In this document: positions 49,416 through 59,207 of the stretch, piece after piece | Numbering within the stretch: position 1 is the stretch's first letter | Layout of the letters: every line of letters begins with the position of its first letter | Assembly: GCA_943788985.1 (NCBI GenBank) | Contig: CALSSJ010000026.1 | Coordinates: 64,001-128,000 of the forward strand | Direction: 5' to 3' | Length of the DNA stretch: 64,000 nt | DNA from: an uncultured Lentisphaerales bacterium | GTDB lineage: Bacteria > Verrucomicrobiota > Lentisphaeria > JABSQK01 > UBA12247 | The notes under the pieces: generated by a model | Seen by the model: only the letters and a program-made list of their open reading frames with translations | What the model was told of the DNA's origin: nothing | Databases searched by the model: none | Translations under genes and position numbers: made by a program

Positions 49416-52341
49416 TCAGGGCGTGCCTGGGGAAAATATGCCCCCGGACGCCACGGTCACTGTGCCGCCAATCGTGCCAGTGCCACCCAGGGTCGCACCG
49501 CTGGCAACATTGACGGATCCGCCTCCACTGCTGGTACCGTTGACCAACAGCGTACCGTCGTCCACCGATGTCGTCCCACTATAGTTGTTGTTACCGGACA
49601 GGGTGAGCGTGCTGGCACTTTCCTTGAGCAACGCGCCGGAGCCACTGATGAGGCCGCTCAGTTCCTGGTCTGTGCTGCTGTTGTAGTGAAGAGTCCCGGT
49701 GTTGGCAATGGCGCCAGCGTAGGACCCGCTTTGCAGTGTGCCGGTGCCCCCAATTTCAAGCGTGCCAGCGCCAATGGCTGTGTCGCCCGAATAGGTATTG
49801 GTGCCGGAGAGGGTGGTCGTTCCTAGATTGGTCTTGGTCAGGCCGCCGGTTCCGCTGATCACGCCACCAAGGGTCATAAGTTCGCTATCATTTATGGTCA
49901 AATCATCATTCAGGGTGATCGCGGTATTTTCTATGAGGGCGCCACCAGTCGTGGTATTTGCAATGCTCTTGGTGCCCGTGGATCCCGCCCGCACCACTAT
50001 GCCGGCCTTGGTAGGAGTGGTCGCTGCATTGGCGCTGTACCATAAGGTGGCAAAGTTGCTCCCGCTGGTGTCACCCAGGGAAATTGTTGTGCCCGCACCT
50101 CCTGCAGCGTTCACACCTTGGCTGCGCAGGTTGCCTTGATTGATCTCGATATTGGCAACTGTGGTGGTGCCTTGTAAGCGCAGTGTACTGTCGCTGCCGT
50201 CCTTGATGAACGTGCCGTCACCACTGATGGCTCCATTGTAGCGGGCGTCGGTATTGCTGGCGCTGCTGCTGTATTGGAAGGTCGCTCCGCTGGCGATCGA
50301 GATGTCCCCGCCGTAAATGCCGTTTGCGGCATGCAAGGCACCATTCCCGTCGATCCTTAGGGTTCCTGCAGTGACTGTAGTGTTGCCAGTGTAGGTGTTT
50401 TGTTCCGGTTAGAGTCAGGGTACCGACATTGTCTTTCGTCAGCACACCAGCGCCGCTGATCACGCCGCTGAGCGTCTGGTCGGCTGTGCTGTTGTACTTA
50501 AAGGTTCCGTCGTTGGTGATAGCTTTCGAGTAATTACCCACATTCAGACGACCTGCACCGCCGATCTCAAGCGTGCCATTGTTAATCTCGATTGTCTGGG
50601 TTGCTAGAGTCATCTGATTGGCCGCGCCGGTCAGAGCCACAGTACCTGCGCCATTCTTGACTAATTTCGCATTAGCTACATTAGTTGATACCAGAAGGTC
50701 AACATCTTCCAAACCATCCGCAACATCGAAGGTCAGCGCCCTCGCCTGAGTACCCGCGTTATTCAGATTGTTCTGAACGTTAACGCCAGCAGCGCCGCTA
50801 AACGTATTTTGGGAACCTCCGTTGGTCACGATCGTGTTATTACGCCAGAGAAGCGATGATCCATTGACCTCCAAGGCGCCTCCTCCATTGCTGTCGAATG
50901 TAAAAGTTTTTCCACTGATCAGGATCCCCTGAGCCCCCCGCTCAAATTGCAGCGTTGAGCCGTTGTTGATTTCAAAGCCCGAGCTTGAAGTGTTCGTATT
51001 ATTAACTGTGTTGTTGCCCAGCACCACGGTTCCCCCGTCGACCTTGGTGAGGCCGGTGTAACTAGTGCTGTCCAATACCACTGACAGCACACCCGCTCCG
51101 AGCTTGGTCAAGCCGCCGGTGTTGGTATTGGCAAATTTGGTGGCGAAGGTGACGTCGTTGCCGTTGGTGTCGATGATGATTGCGCTGGTGCTGTTGACAA
51201 TGCGGGAACTGTAGTCCTGGGTAATGCCAGCAGCATACTGCAGGGTGCCGCCGCCAAAATCGACGTTACCGCCGTTGCCAAGGGCGCCCGAGGTTGCCGC
51301 CACATCATCGACTCCAGCGACCAGCGTGCCGGCGTTGATGAAGGTCGTGCCTGTGTAGGTGTTAGCGCCGGTGAGGGCCCAGATCGAAGCATCATACTTC
51401 TCGATATTAAACGCGGTGGGGACGCTGCTGTCAGTCAGGATGAGTCCCATCGTGTTCGTGCTGCCGCTGTAGGTACCGCGCAGTTCCAGATGGTTGTCAG
51501 CATTGTTGCTGTTGGTGAAGGTGCCGCCGGTCCAGCTAAGGGCGCCCGTGCCGTCGTTCGTGATTCTTCGGTGACCGTTGCCATTAACCAGCACCAAGTT
51601 GCGGTCTGTAGTGCTACCGCTGCCGGTGAGCGTGAGGGCACCGAAAGCCCGTAGTTGCACTATGTTCCCTGCACCGGCATTGCTGGTGGCCCCCTTGAGT
51701 CCAATCGTCCCGATGCTGACGGTGTTGCGGTTAATGCTGAGATTCCCGGTGATGCTATTGTCACCACTGAGTATCGTGGTTCCCCGACTGCCCGACCCCC
51801 AAGTTGCCCCGAGGGTGCCGCCACCGACAATGTCGGCGTTGACGGTGAGTGTCGATCCGCTGTCAACTCGGAGCTTCGAGATGCTCGTGCCGAAGAGTTC
51901 TAAATCTCCCCCTTGGATCGTCGCATCTGACGTAATTCTGATGGCCGTCGTGTTGGCTCCCACATTTAATTTGTTGCCGTTCAGATCAAGCACATAGGCC
52001 CCGCCGCCACTGGGCGTGAAAAATTCCAAACGCCATGCGGAGACATTGCCACCGAGGACGACCGTGCCTGCCGGTCCCGCGTCGGCACCGCCGAATATCG
52101 CTTTTGCATTATTTTGCCAGTTTTGATCCCACATTGCGTTACCGAACCAGTTTCCGGCGCTATTTTGCCATGTTCCGCTGCCATCAGTGATCGTGCTGAC
52201 GTCACCAATACTGGTGTCCCAGTTGAAGGGCTCATCAAGCGCCTGTGCGCTGCCGTAGAGTAACAAGGCAGCGATCAGTAGAGCCGCGCCGCGAGCGGGC
52301 GCCGAAAGGCGCCTGTTTTGTTTTGGAACGTAACTATTCAT
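49416..52341 (-). CDS. Autotransporter-associated beta-strand repeat protein (+1 frameshift at ~50400; C-terminus appears truncated)
   Basis: Signal peptide and repeated LTKxGxGTLTLSGxNTYTGxTxIxxGTL units. One extra A in ACAAAACAC separates ORFs 50218-52341 and 49416-50336. It ends at GGIFSPGTP* with no beta-barrel or sorting motif. Confidence 0.85.
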
Positions 52342-52939
52342 AATTTCGGTTTCCCCAGATATATTTGTGACCTGATCGCTATGCCGTTAAGAACGCGGTA
52401 AAGCCCTCTTCGGTATAGTATAATAGTCGCGAACGGACCTATCGCTATGGCCAAAATTGCCAACCCCATATCTCTCTTCGCCAAAAAATTATTCGAATGA
52501 CTCGGTGCTCTCCAGTTCATGGATAGACCACCAGCCGGGGGGAGCGTAGGCCTTCTTGGGTGATTCCGAACCTGCCGCGATCTTCAAAATAAGCTTCCTC
52601 TATGCCGATGTCAGGGGTGCACTGGAGAGTGCGGACGCCAGGATTGGCCGGAGGTAGGGCCAGTGGCCCTTGTCGCATTGCTACGAGAGCGTCATGCGCG
52701 CCCTCTTTCGAACACCTGACGAGTTATGAAAAAGTGGAGCGCTCGGTGAATTCGGGTACAAATCTGGCAATCCTAATCATTGGACAGAAAGTATTGAGCC
52801 GGTACTCTATAACTCGTCGTTGTAGGGTAGATGGTTTCTGCCACGCATCGGCGGCGGTCCCTCCGAACTGAAGAAGGATTGCAACCTAGAGAACATGTCC
52901 AGAGGCGACAAGAAAGTCGCGTGCTGGTAGGAGTATCCC

Positions 52940-53758
52940 ATGCGAGCAACAAACTCACAAGGCGCGCCACCGCCAGCGCGATTGGTGCCCGTCCTTCTGA
53001 AATGCGGGCGAGCGACGATTCCAAACCTGACCACTCCGGTTGATGTCTGGCAATGGCGTGGGCTTCATTTCCCTTATTGGCGCATCTACTGGAATCGACA
53101 GCCCGGTTTTTCCGTAAAGCACCAAGGACAGGTATATCCGCTCGATCCTGAATTTGTGGTTGTGGTCACACCGAATGCTTCTGTAGAGCACAGCATCAGC
53201 GGTACAGTGGACCATTTCTACGTGCACGTTTCGCTCGGCTATCCCTGGGACAGGCTAGCCCCCCAAGTCAGGCGTATTCCCGTCTCCGAAGTGCCTATGC
53301 ACCTGCTTGGTGACCTGCTGGAGCATCTTTCAGGTCAGCCTTCGAAGCACACCCTGGATACATCACTGGCCTGGGCACTCTTGGCATACGTCAGCAGCAT
53401 ACTGGCCAACTTCCCAGCCGAGGTCTGGCCGAAACCATCGCGGGATCATCTGCTCGACAGGCTGCTGAGCGAAATTGACGCCCACCCAGAACGCCCCTGG
53501 CGAACAGCGGACATGGCGACGCATTGCAACATGAGCGTGAATACCCTGCTGCGGCGTTTTAAAAAGCACCTTGGCGACTCTCCGCAACATGTAGTGGCCG
53601 ACTATCGCCTGCAGAAGGCCTGTCGGTTGCTGGCTCAAACCAACGACAGCATTGATGCTATTGCAGAAGCCTGTGGGTATGCCAACCGCTACGCATTCTC
53701 CAGAGCCTTCTCGCGCCTTCGCGGTCATGGCCCAGCTGCCTTTCGCAGCAGCTGCTAG
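52940..53758 (+). CDS. AraC-family transcriptional regulator
   Basis: Cupin-like N-terminus. C-terminal double HTH WRTADMA..CNMSVNTLLRRFK...RLQKACRLL...IDAIAEACGYANRYAFSRAF...GHGP. Confidence 0.93.
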   Translation: MRATNSQGAPPPARLVPVLLKCGRATIPNLTTPVDVWQWRGLHFPYWRIYWNRQPGFSVKHQGQVYPLDPEFVVVVTPNASVEHSISGTVDHFYVHVSLGYPWDRLAPQVRRIPVSEVPMHLLGDLLEHLSGQPSKHTLDTSLAWALLAYVSSILANFPAEVWPKPSRDHLLDRLLSEIDAHPERPWRTADMATHCNMSVNTLLRRFKKHLGDSPQHVVADYRLQKACRLLAQTNDSIDAIAEACGYANRYAFSRAFSRLRGHGPAAFRSSC

Positions 53759-53989
53759 CAGAGCGCACTTCGGGCGGGATCCTGACAGGCTTGGCGCTTA
53801 CACCGCGGCAAGGATGTATCAAAAGCCACGCCGGCGAGCCCTGCATCCCGGTCACCTTCTCGCCCTAGGAGTGGATGCAGCCAAGTTAGCCCCCTGTCGC
53901 CGCACGAACCGAGAACTGCAACACCTTCGGCCCCCACGTCGTTGGGGCGAGATCTGCACCAGAAATCTCCGGTTCTGGCTGGACGGGCC

Positions 53990-54400
53990 TACCAGTGGTC
54001 TCTATTCGATAAGCCAGAGTATCTGCCAGCGGTGAAACGCTCGCTTGCGGCCATGATCTGAGTCGTTGATGACGAGAGCGGTGCGATCCTCACGCTGCTG
54101 GAAGATACCGTTATTCTATTCACCTTGGATCATGGCGGAATACTGGGGGATTTCGGATTTGCGTCCGAGGAAAAAATGTATAAAGGTGCGGTGCGTGTGC
54201 CGATGCTGATAAGCGGTGCCGGGGTCGCGGCGCGCGGCATCAACCATGCTCTGGTCGAACTGGTGGATCTGTACCCAACGATCTTGGATCTGGCCGGGGT
54301 GTCATTCGAACGCGACTCTCTGGACGGGATCAGTGTAGCCGCCGACCAACCCGAGCAGGTGACGCGCTTGCTGAAGGTGCCGACGGACTTCGATCAAATG
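53990..54400 (+). pseudogene. Sulfatase-like internal remnant
   Basis: AAMI*VVDDESGAIL..LEDTVILFTLDHGGILGDFG...KMYKGAVRVPMLISG...LVELVDLYPTILDLAG with in-frame TGA at 54059. Boundaries approximate. Confidence 0.75.
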
Positions 54401-54484
54401 GCGATTGCGCCGCAGAAAGGGCGCGAGATGACGACCTGTGCTTCCCACCTTCCTGTAAAAATCTCACTCCCAAAAGAGATTTTT

Positions 54485-54936
54485 CGCTGTTTCTGGAACT
54501 TGCAGGCGTGCAGGTGCCAGAAGAATTTCAGGGGCGGATTTTTCGCCGTGTGTTGCAGGGGGATGCACCATTGGACTTGCCGGAGGCGATATATTATCGC
54601 TAATGGATGCACGCAGCGCATCATAATGTGGCAGCGCACTGCGAGATCCGCACCAAGCGCTACAAACTGATCTACTATTACTACGATGGCTGCGGGCAGG
54701 CCGGGGCGCATCGGCCCGGCGGTACAGATCCGCGGTTGGATGCGATCCTCGATCGTGAGCCGGAGTGGGAACTGTTCGATTTGGAAACGGACCCGTATGA
54801 GTGAAAGAACGTGCATGCGGATCCAAAGTACGCGGATGTGGTCGCCGAGTTGACTCAGCGACTTCACCGGCTGCATGCCGCAATCAAGGACGAGCGTTAT
54901 GCAAGGGCGCCTGAGCTGCATGACTTCGTCCTGTAG
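54485..54936 (+). pseudogene. C-terminal remnant of a second sulfatase
   Basis: FLELAGVQVPEEFQGR...AIYYR*WMH..HNVAAH..IRTKRYKLIYY...EWELFDLETDPYE*KNVHADPKYA with in-frame stops at 54601 and 54802. Confidence 0.8.
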
Positions 54937-54948
54937 ATCCAGTCCGCC

Positions 54949-55827
54949 TCACCCCTTGACGCCGCCAGAGAGGCTGATGCCGCGGACGAGTTGTTTCTGC
55001 ATGATGATGAACATGAGGATGAGGGGAATCAGGCAAATCAATGTGGCGGACATCAGCAGCTCGACCTGTGCGCCGTATTGCCCCTGGAAGGAAAGCAGTC
55101 CGATGGGGACGGTGCGCAGATGGGCATCCTTGATCATGATCAGGGGCCAGATCAGGTTGCGATAGTTGCCGAGGAAGGTGAAGATCGCCAGGGTGATCAT
55201 GCCGGGCTTGGCCAGGGGTAGAATGACATCCAGAAAGATCTGGCAGTGCCCTGCCCCATCGATCTCTGCGGCTTCGTCATAGCTCTGCGGAATGCCAAGC
55301 ATGAACTGCCGCAACATGAAGGTACCAAAGGCACTGAAGGCGGCGGGAATGATCAGGCCGCTGTAGGTGTTGACCAAGTTCAGGCTGACCATGATCTGGT
55401 ACTGAGGAATGGTGAGCACCATCCCGGGAATCATCATGGTGGCAAGATACAGCAGAAAGATTTTGTCGCGCCCGCGCCACTGAATCCGACTGAAGGCATA
55501 CGCAGCCATGCAACTGGTAAACACCTGCAGGGTGGTCACCCACGCTGCGACCAGGATGCTGTTGAAGATCCACTTGGCCAGGTGCAGGTTGACAAAGACT
55601 TTGGTGAATGGATCAGGAATCTGCCGCAGGACGATCCGGATGTTGTCAGGGCTGAAGAGCTCGGGCCAGAAATGGGCGCCTTCGACTTCGCCAGATGATT
55701 TAAAGGCGGTGCAGATCATCCAGATGAACGGCAGAAACATGATGCCGCAGAGGACGCTGACGCCGAAGAACTTGAGGAAGACCATGGCGCTGCGCCAAGC
55801 AGGTGTCTGGGACCAGGGAGTGCTCAT
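54949..55827 (-). CDS. Carbohydrate ABC transporter permease (MalG-like)
   Basis: PFIWMICTAFKS, NSILVA, FGTFMLRQFMLGIPQSYDEAAEIDGAG (EAA loop), WPLI. Confidence 0.95.
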   Translation of the reverse strand: MSTPWSQTPAWRSAMVFLKFFGVSVLCGIMFLPFIWMICTAFKSSGEVEGAHFWPELFSPDNIRIVLRQIPDPFTKVFVNLHLAKWIFNSILVAAWVTTLQVFTSCMAAYAFSRIQWRGRDKIFLLYLATMMIPGMVLTIPQYQIMVSLNLVNTYSGLIIPAAFSAFGTFMLRQFMLGIPQSYDEAAEIDGAGHCQIFLDVILPLAKPGMITLAIFTFLGNYRNLIWPLIMIKDAHLRTVPIGLLSFQGQYGAQVELLMSATLICLIPLILMFIIMQKQLVRGISLSGGVKG

Positions 55828-56954
55828 GATGCGGCCTCCATCTTGCGGTTTCCGTATTTCCAGTTGACGAGTGTGAGGGCAAAGACGATGATGAATAGGA
55901 TCCAGGAGATGGCTGCGGCGTAGCCGAGTTCCTGTTCGACAAAGCCCTTGGTATAAATGTAGTAGGCGAGCGTGGTCGTGGTGCCGGCCGGTCCGCCCTC
56001 GGTCATGATCTTGGCAAACTGAAAGCCGCCCTGTAGTCCGCCAATGGTGGCCATGATGGCGATGAAGAAGGTGGTCGGGGCAACGGAGGGCACGGTGATG
56101 TGCCAGAACTTGCCGACGCTGCCAGCGCCATCAATGTCGGCCGCCTCGTACAGATCCTCCGGGATGCTAGCGATGGAGGCAATGTAGAGGATCATGTTGT
56201 TGCCGCCGATGCCCATCCAGAACCCCATGATCATGATGGCCTCGCGGGCGCCCAGGCCAACCCCGCCGTTGCTGAACGTGGCGGGCAGCGGCAGAAAGCC
56301 CAGCAGAGACTTTGTGCTGTTGAGCCAGGTCGGGAGATCAACGTCGAGGTTTACCCAGGCCAGGAGTTCGCCCAGTATGTTGTTGGCCATGCCATAGTAC
56401 GGGTTGAAGATCTGTTGCCAGAGGATGATGGTGGCGACCCCGGAGGCAAAGCTGGGGACGTAGAGCATGGTGCGGTAGCTGACGCTGCCCCAGATGATAC
56501 CCGCTGCCGCCCCAATGTAGATCACGCCCAGAATTAGGGCCAGGTCCTTCTGCCCTCCGACCAAGAGAAAGCCGCAGGTCAGCAGGCCGACAATGATCAG
56601 GACGTTGGCGATGCGCAGCCGCAGTTTCTTGCGCTTGAGCAGCATGTTGTCGACAAGCAGGTTGGCCAGGACCAGGCTGCCCACGACAGCAAAGGGAATG
56701 CCGAGCATGAAATAGAGGGTGTTGTAGAGGTAAAACCAGAAGTTGCTGTCGCTGAGTAGCTCCTGGTAGTTGCGCAGGCCGACCCATTGCAGGTCGACGG
56801 AGCGGCGCAGGGTCCAGTTGGTAAAGCTCATGTAGAGGCTGAGCAGCACCGGGCCAAAGGTGAAGATGAGAAAGCCGGTCAGGTTCAAGGCCAGGAACCC
56901 CATGGCGGCCCAGAAGTGCTTGCGTTCGCGGACTCCGGAGTAAAGCCGTGGCAT
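55824..56954 (-). CDS. Carbohydrate ABC transporter permease (MalF-like)
   Basis: SLYMSFTNW...WVGLRNY, IPEDLYEAADIDGAG...ITVP, GGPAGTTTT, GYAAAISW. Confidence 0.95.
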   Translation of the reverse strand: MPRLYSGVRERKHFWAAMGFLALNLTGFLIFTFGPVLLSLYMSFTNWTLRRSVDLQWVGLRNYQELLSDSNFWFYLYNTLYFMLGIPFAVVGSLVLANLLVDNMLLKRKKLRLRIANVLIIVGLLTCGFLLVGGQKDLALILGVIYIGAAAGIIWGSVSYRTMLYVPSFASGVATIILWQQIFNPYYGMANNILGELLAWVNLDVDLPTWLNSTKSLLGFLPLPATFSNGGVGLGAREAIMIMGFWMGIGGNNMILYIASIASIPEDLYEAADIDGAGSVGKFWHITVPSVAPTTFFIAIMATIGGLQGGFQFAKIMTEGGPAGTTTTLAYYIYTKGFVEQELGYAAAISWILFIIVFALTLVNWKYGNRKMEAAS

Positions 56955-58444
56955 TATCGTACCTCCTCGAGGTCGTAGACGATGGGTTCGGCCCCGGTCT
57001 TCAGCAAGGCCTCGTACATGGTCCGGATTTTTGGATTGCGCTTGATGTTACGGGCAATGGCCAGGTTGACTCGGTCAGCGCCACGCTTGAGTTCGGCTAC
57101 GATCATCTCACGGGTCATGTCCGGGGTCGCTTCGAGGCGGCTCTTGATCTGCGAGAACTCGGTATTGACCGCGGAGATATTGATAAGCATACTGCGGCGC
57201 CGCGCACGGCCAAAGGGGATGGCCCGCAGAGAGGCCTCATGGACTTCTTCCTCCCCAGGCCACTCGGGATTGATGAATTGCTCGAGCTTATTGTAGGCAA
57301 TGTTGCCCGGTTTACTGTCGGCGCCGACATTGATCATTTCACTATATTTTTCGCTGGCGAGATACTGCAGGAAATTGAGGGCTTGCTCTCGATTGGGGCT
57401 GGCGACGTTTATACCGGCGCAACGCGCACCGGTGGGGGTGTAGCGAGGGCCGTCGGCAAACCGTGGAATCTGGCACGCGCCCATCCGCAATACCTCTGGA
57501 GCATCGTTGGGGTCGGCGCCCGGATTCTCCTGCAACCAGATATCGCGTTCCTTGCGCTGTTCGGTGATGAAGCGGCGAAAGCTGATGAGCATCCAGCGCG
57601 CCCCCCAGTACATGCCGATCTTGCCTTCGCCAAACCAGTTGTTGTAGCCGCCGCCCCAGCCGCCCTGGCTTGAGACGCCAGCTTTCTGCAACGGTGTGGG
57701 TTCGGCTTCAAGCCCATAGAACAGCTTGTGGTAAAAGACCAGGGCATCGAGAAAGGCTTCGCTGTCCATGGTGCAGCGCGTTCCCTCTTCGTTCAGGAAC
57801 TCAGCCCCGTGTTGAAAGATCAGCGCATCGACCTTTACGCCAGCGGCCCCGAAGATGATGGGCAGACCGCGGACCTCGTCCTTTACGGTCAGCTGCTTGG
57901 CCAGGTCCATGTACTGCTGCCAGGTCAGATCCTCCGGCGGGTAGTCTATCCCGCGCGCATCAAACAGGTTTTTGTTGTAGATGAGGTAGGTGTGAAAGAC
58001 GTTACAGGGATAGGCAAACATGCGGTCTTCAATCTGGCCGGCATCGTTGAGGACCTTGAGAGTCGTTAACGGCCGCACGCTTTCGGCCAGGGTGTCGAGG
58101 CCAAAGCCCATGGCTTCCGCGTGGTCAGTGACATCCATCAGGATCCCAGCCTCATGGTAGTTCTGGATGCTCCACCAGCCGACGTGCCCAATGATGTCCG
58201 GCCCCATGCCCGCGCAACTTTGCACGATGACCTTCATCGAATCGCTGTTGTCCGGGTCGATCCGTAAATTGCAGTCGGCATAGCGCTTATTAAACCATTC
58301 CAACTGCGGATCCCGCTGCGGATTGGGGTCGGTGGTCCAAACCAGTTGGGTCTTTCCAGGCTCGGGGGGCGCTGGCACCAGCATCTGGGCAACCAGACTC
58401 AGGATCCCGAGCAACACAAGCGCCCCGATGAAGAACTGTTTCAT
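56954..58444 (-). CDS. Sugar ABC transporter substrate-binding protein
   Basis: N-terminal anchor, GMGPDII, LIYNKNLFDARGIDYP...WQQY..LAKQLT, FGEGKIGM, EQALNFLQYL. Confidence 0.9.
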   Translation of the reverse strand: MKQFFIGALVLLGILSLVAQMLVPAPPEPGKTQLVWTTDPNPQRDPQLEWFNKRYADCNLRIDPDNSDSMKVIVQSCAGMGPDIIGHVGWWSIQNYHEAGILMDVTDHAEAMGFGLDTLAESVRPLTTLKVLNDAGQIEDRMFAYPCNVFHTYLIYNKNLFDARGIDYPPEDLTWQQYMDLAKQLTVKDEVRGLPIIFGAAGVKVDALIFQHGAEFLNEEGTRCTMDSEAFLDALVFYHKLFYGLEAEPTPLQKAGVSSQGGWGGGYNNWFGEGKIGMYWGARWMLISFRRFITEQRKERDIWLQENPGADPNDAPEVLRMGACQIPRFADGPRYTPTGARCAGINVASPNREQALNFLQYLASEKYSEMINVGADSKPGNIAYNKLEQFINPEWPGEEEVHEASLRAIPFGRARRRSMLINISAVNTEFSQIKSRLEATPDMTREMIVAELKRGADRVNLAIARNIKRNPKIRTMYEALLKTGAEPIVYDLEEVR

Positions 58445-58502
58445 GATGCTGCTCCGGCTTTGTTCATAGAAGGACTGCTGCGAGGTCGCAGGATAGAAAG
58501 GA

Positions 58503-59207
58503 TTAGTCCACGACCTCGATCTTGATGAGTTCGACTGTGATGGAGTCTCCCTCGTTTACATCACGAAACCCGTTCTGCATTGCATCGATGGTCGTGAATC
58601 TTGAAAGGTCGAGCTTGGAGATGACCACGCCATCTTTGCCCGCCGGCGACCATACCCAGCTGGGACTGGTGGAGACAGAGACTTGGTTCTTCTTGAAGTC
58701 CAACTCCATGACTACGGTGTGAGTCTCGCGCACCGGGCCGAGGCTGTCTACCAAGCGACCAGTGTTTTCAAACGCGAACTTGCCGCTTAGGTTATGGAAG
58801 AGATGGGCATGGATTTTGTCTTGCCCGAAGGCATCGCGAATCTGCAGCCCGACGTGCGCGTCTGCTTCGCGATCCTGCAGGCGCACCTGAAAGTGGGTGT
58901 TGCTGGTTGGCTCGGCCGAGAAGTCGATGGCACTAAAGGAGATCTCCAGGCGCACGGTGGGTTTATCGGTGCAGTCGATGGGGGTGCTCAGGGGGATCAT
59001 GCGGGTGAAGAACTCTTCTTTTGGCGTCAGCCGATAGGCGTCTTTTTGAGCGCCAAGCTTGTGTTGCGCAGGATTTTTCCAGCGCATGCCCAGCGCGGTG
59101 CCCTGCTTTGACCTATCGGAGCCTGCGCTGAAGGTCCACTCTTCGATTGTCTCGGCCTGGGTCACCAGGGCGAGGGCTGCAACTGCGAGTAGCCATGGCT
59201 TGATCAT
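58503..59207 (-). CDS. Secreted hypothetical beta-sandwich protein
   Basis: Signal MIKPWLLAVAALALVTQA. ATGA overlap with the upstream CAZyme stop. Confidence 0.7.
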   Translation of the reverse strand: MIKPWLLAVAALALVTQAETIEEWTFSAGSDRSKQGTALGMRWKNPAQHKLGAQKDAYRLTPKEEFFTRMIPLSTPIDCTDKPTVRLEISFSAIDFSAEPTSNTHFQVRLQDREADAHVGLQIRDAFGQDKIHAHLFHNLSGKFAFENTGRLVDSLGPVRETHTVVMELDFKKNQVSVSTSPSWVWSPAGKDGVVISKLDLSRFTTIDAMQNGFRDVNEGDSITVELIKIEVVD

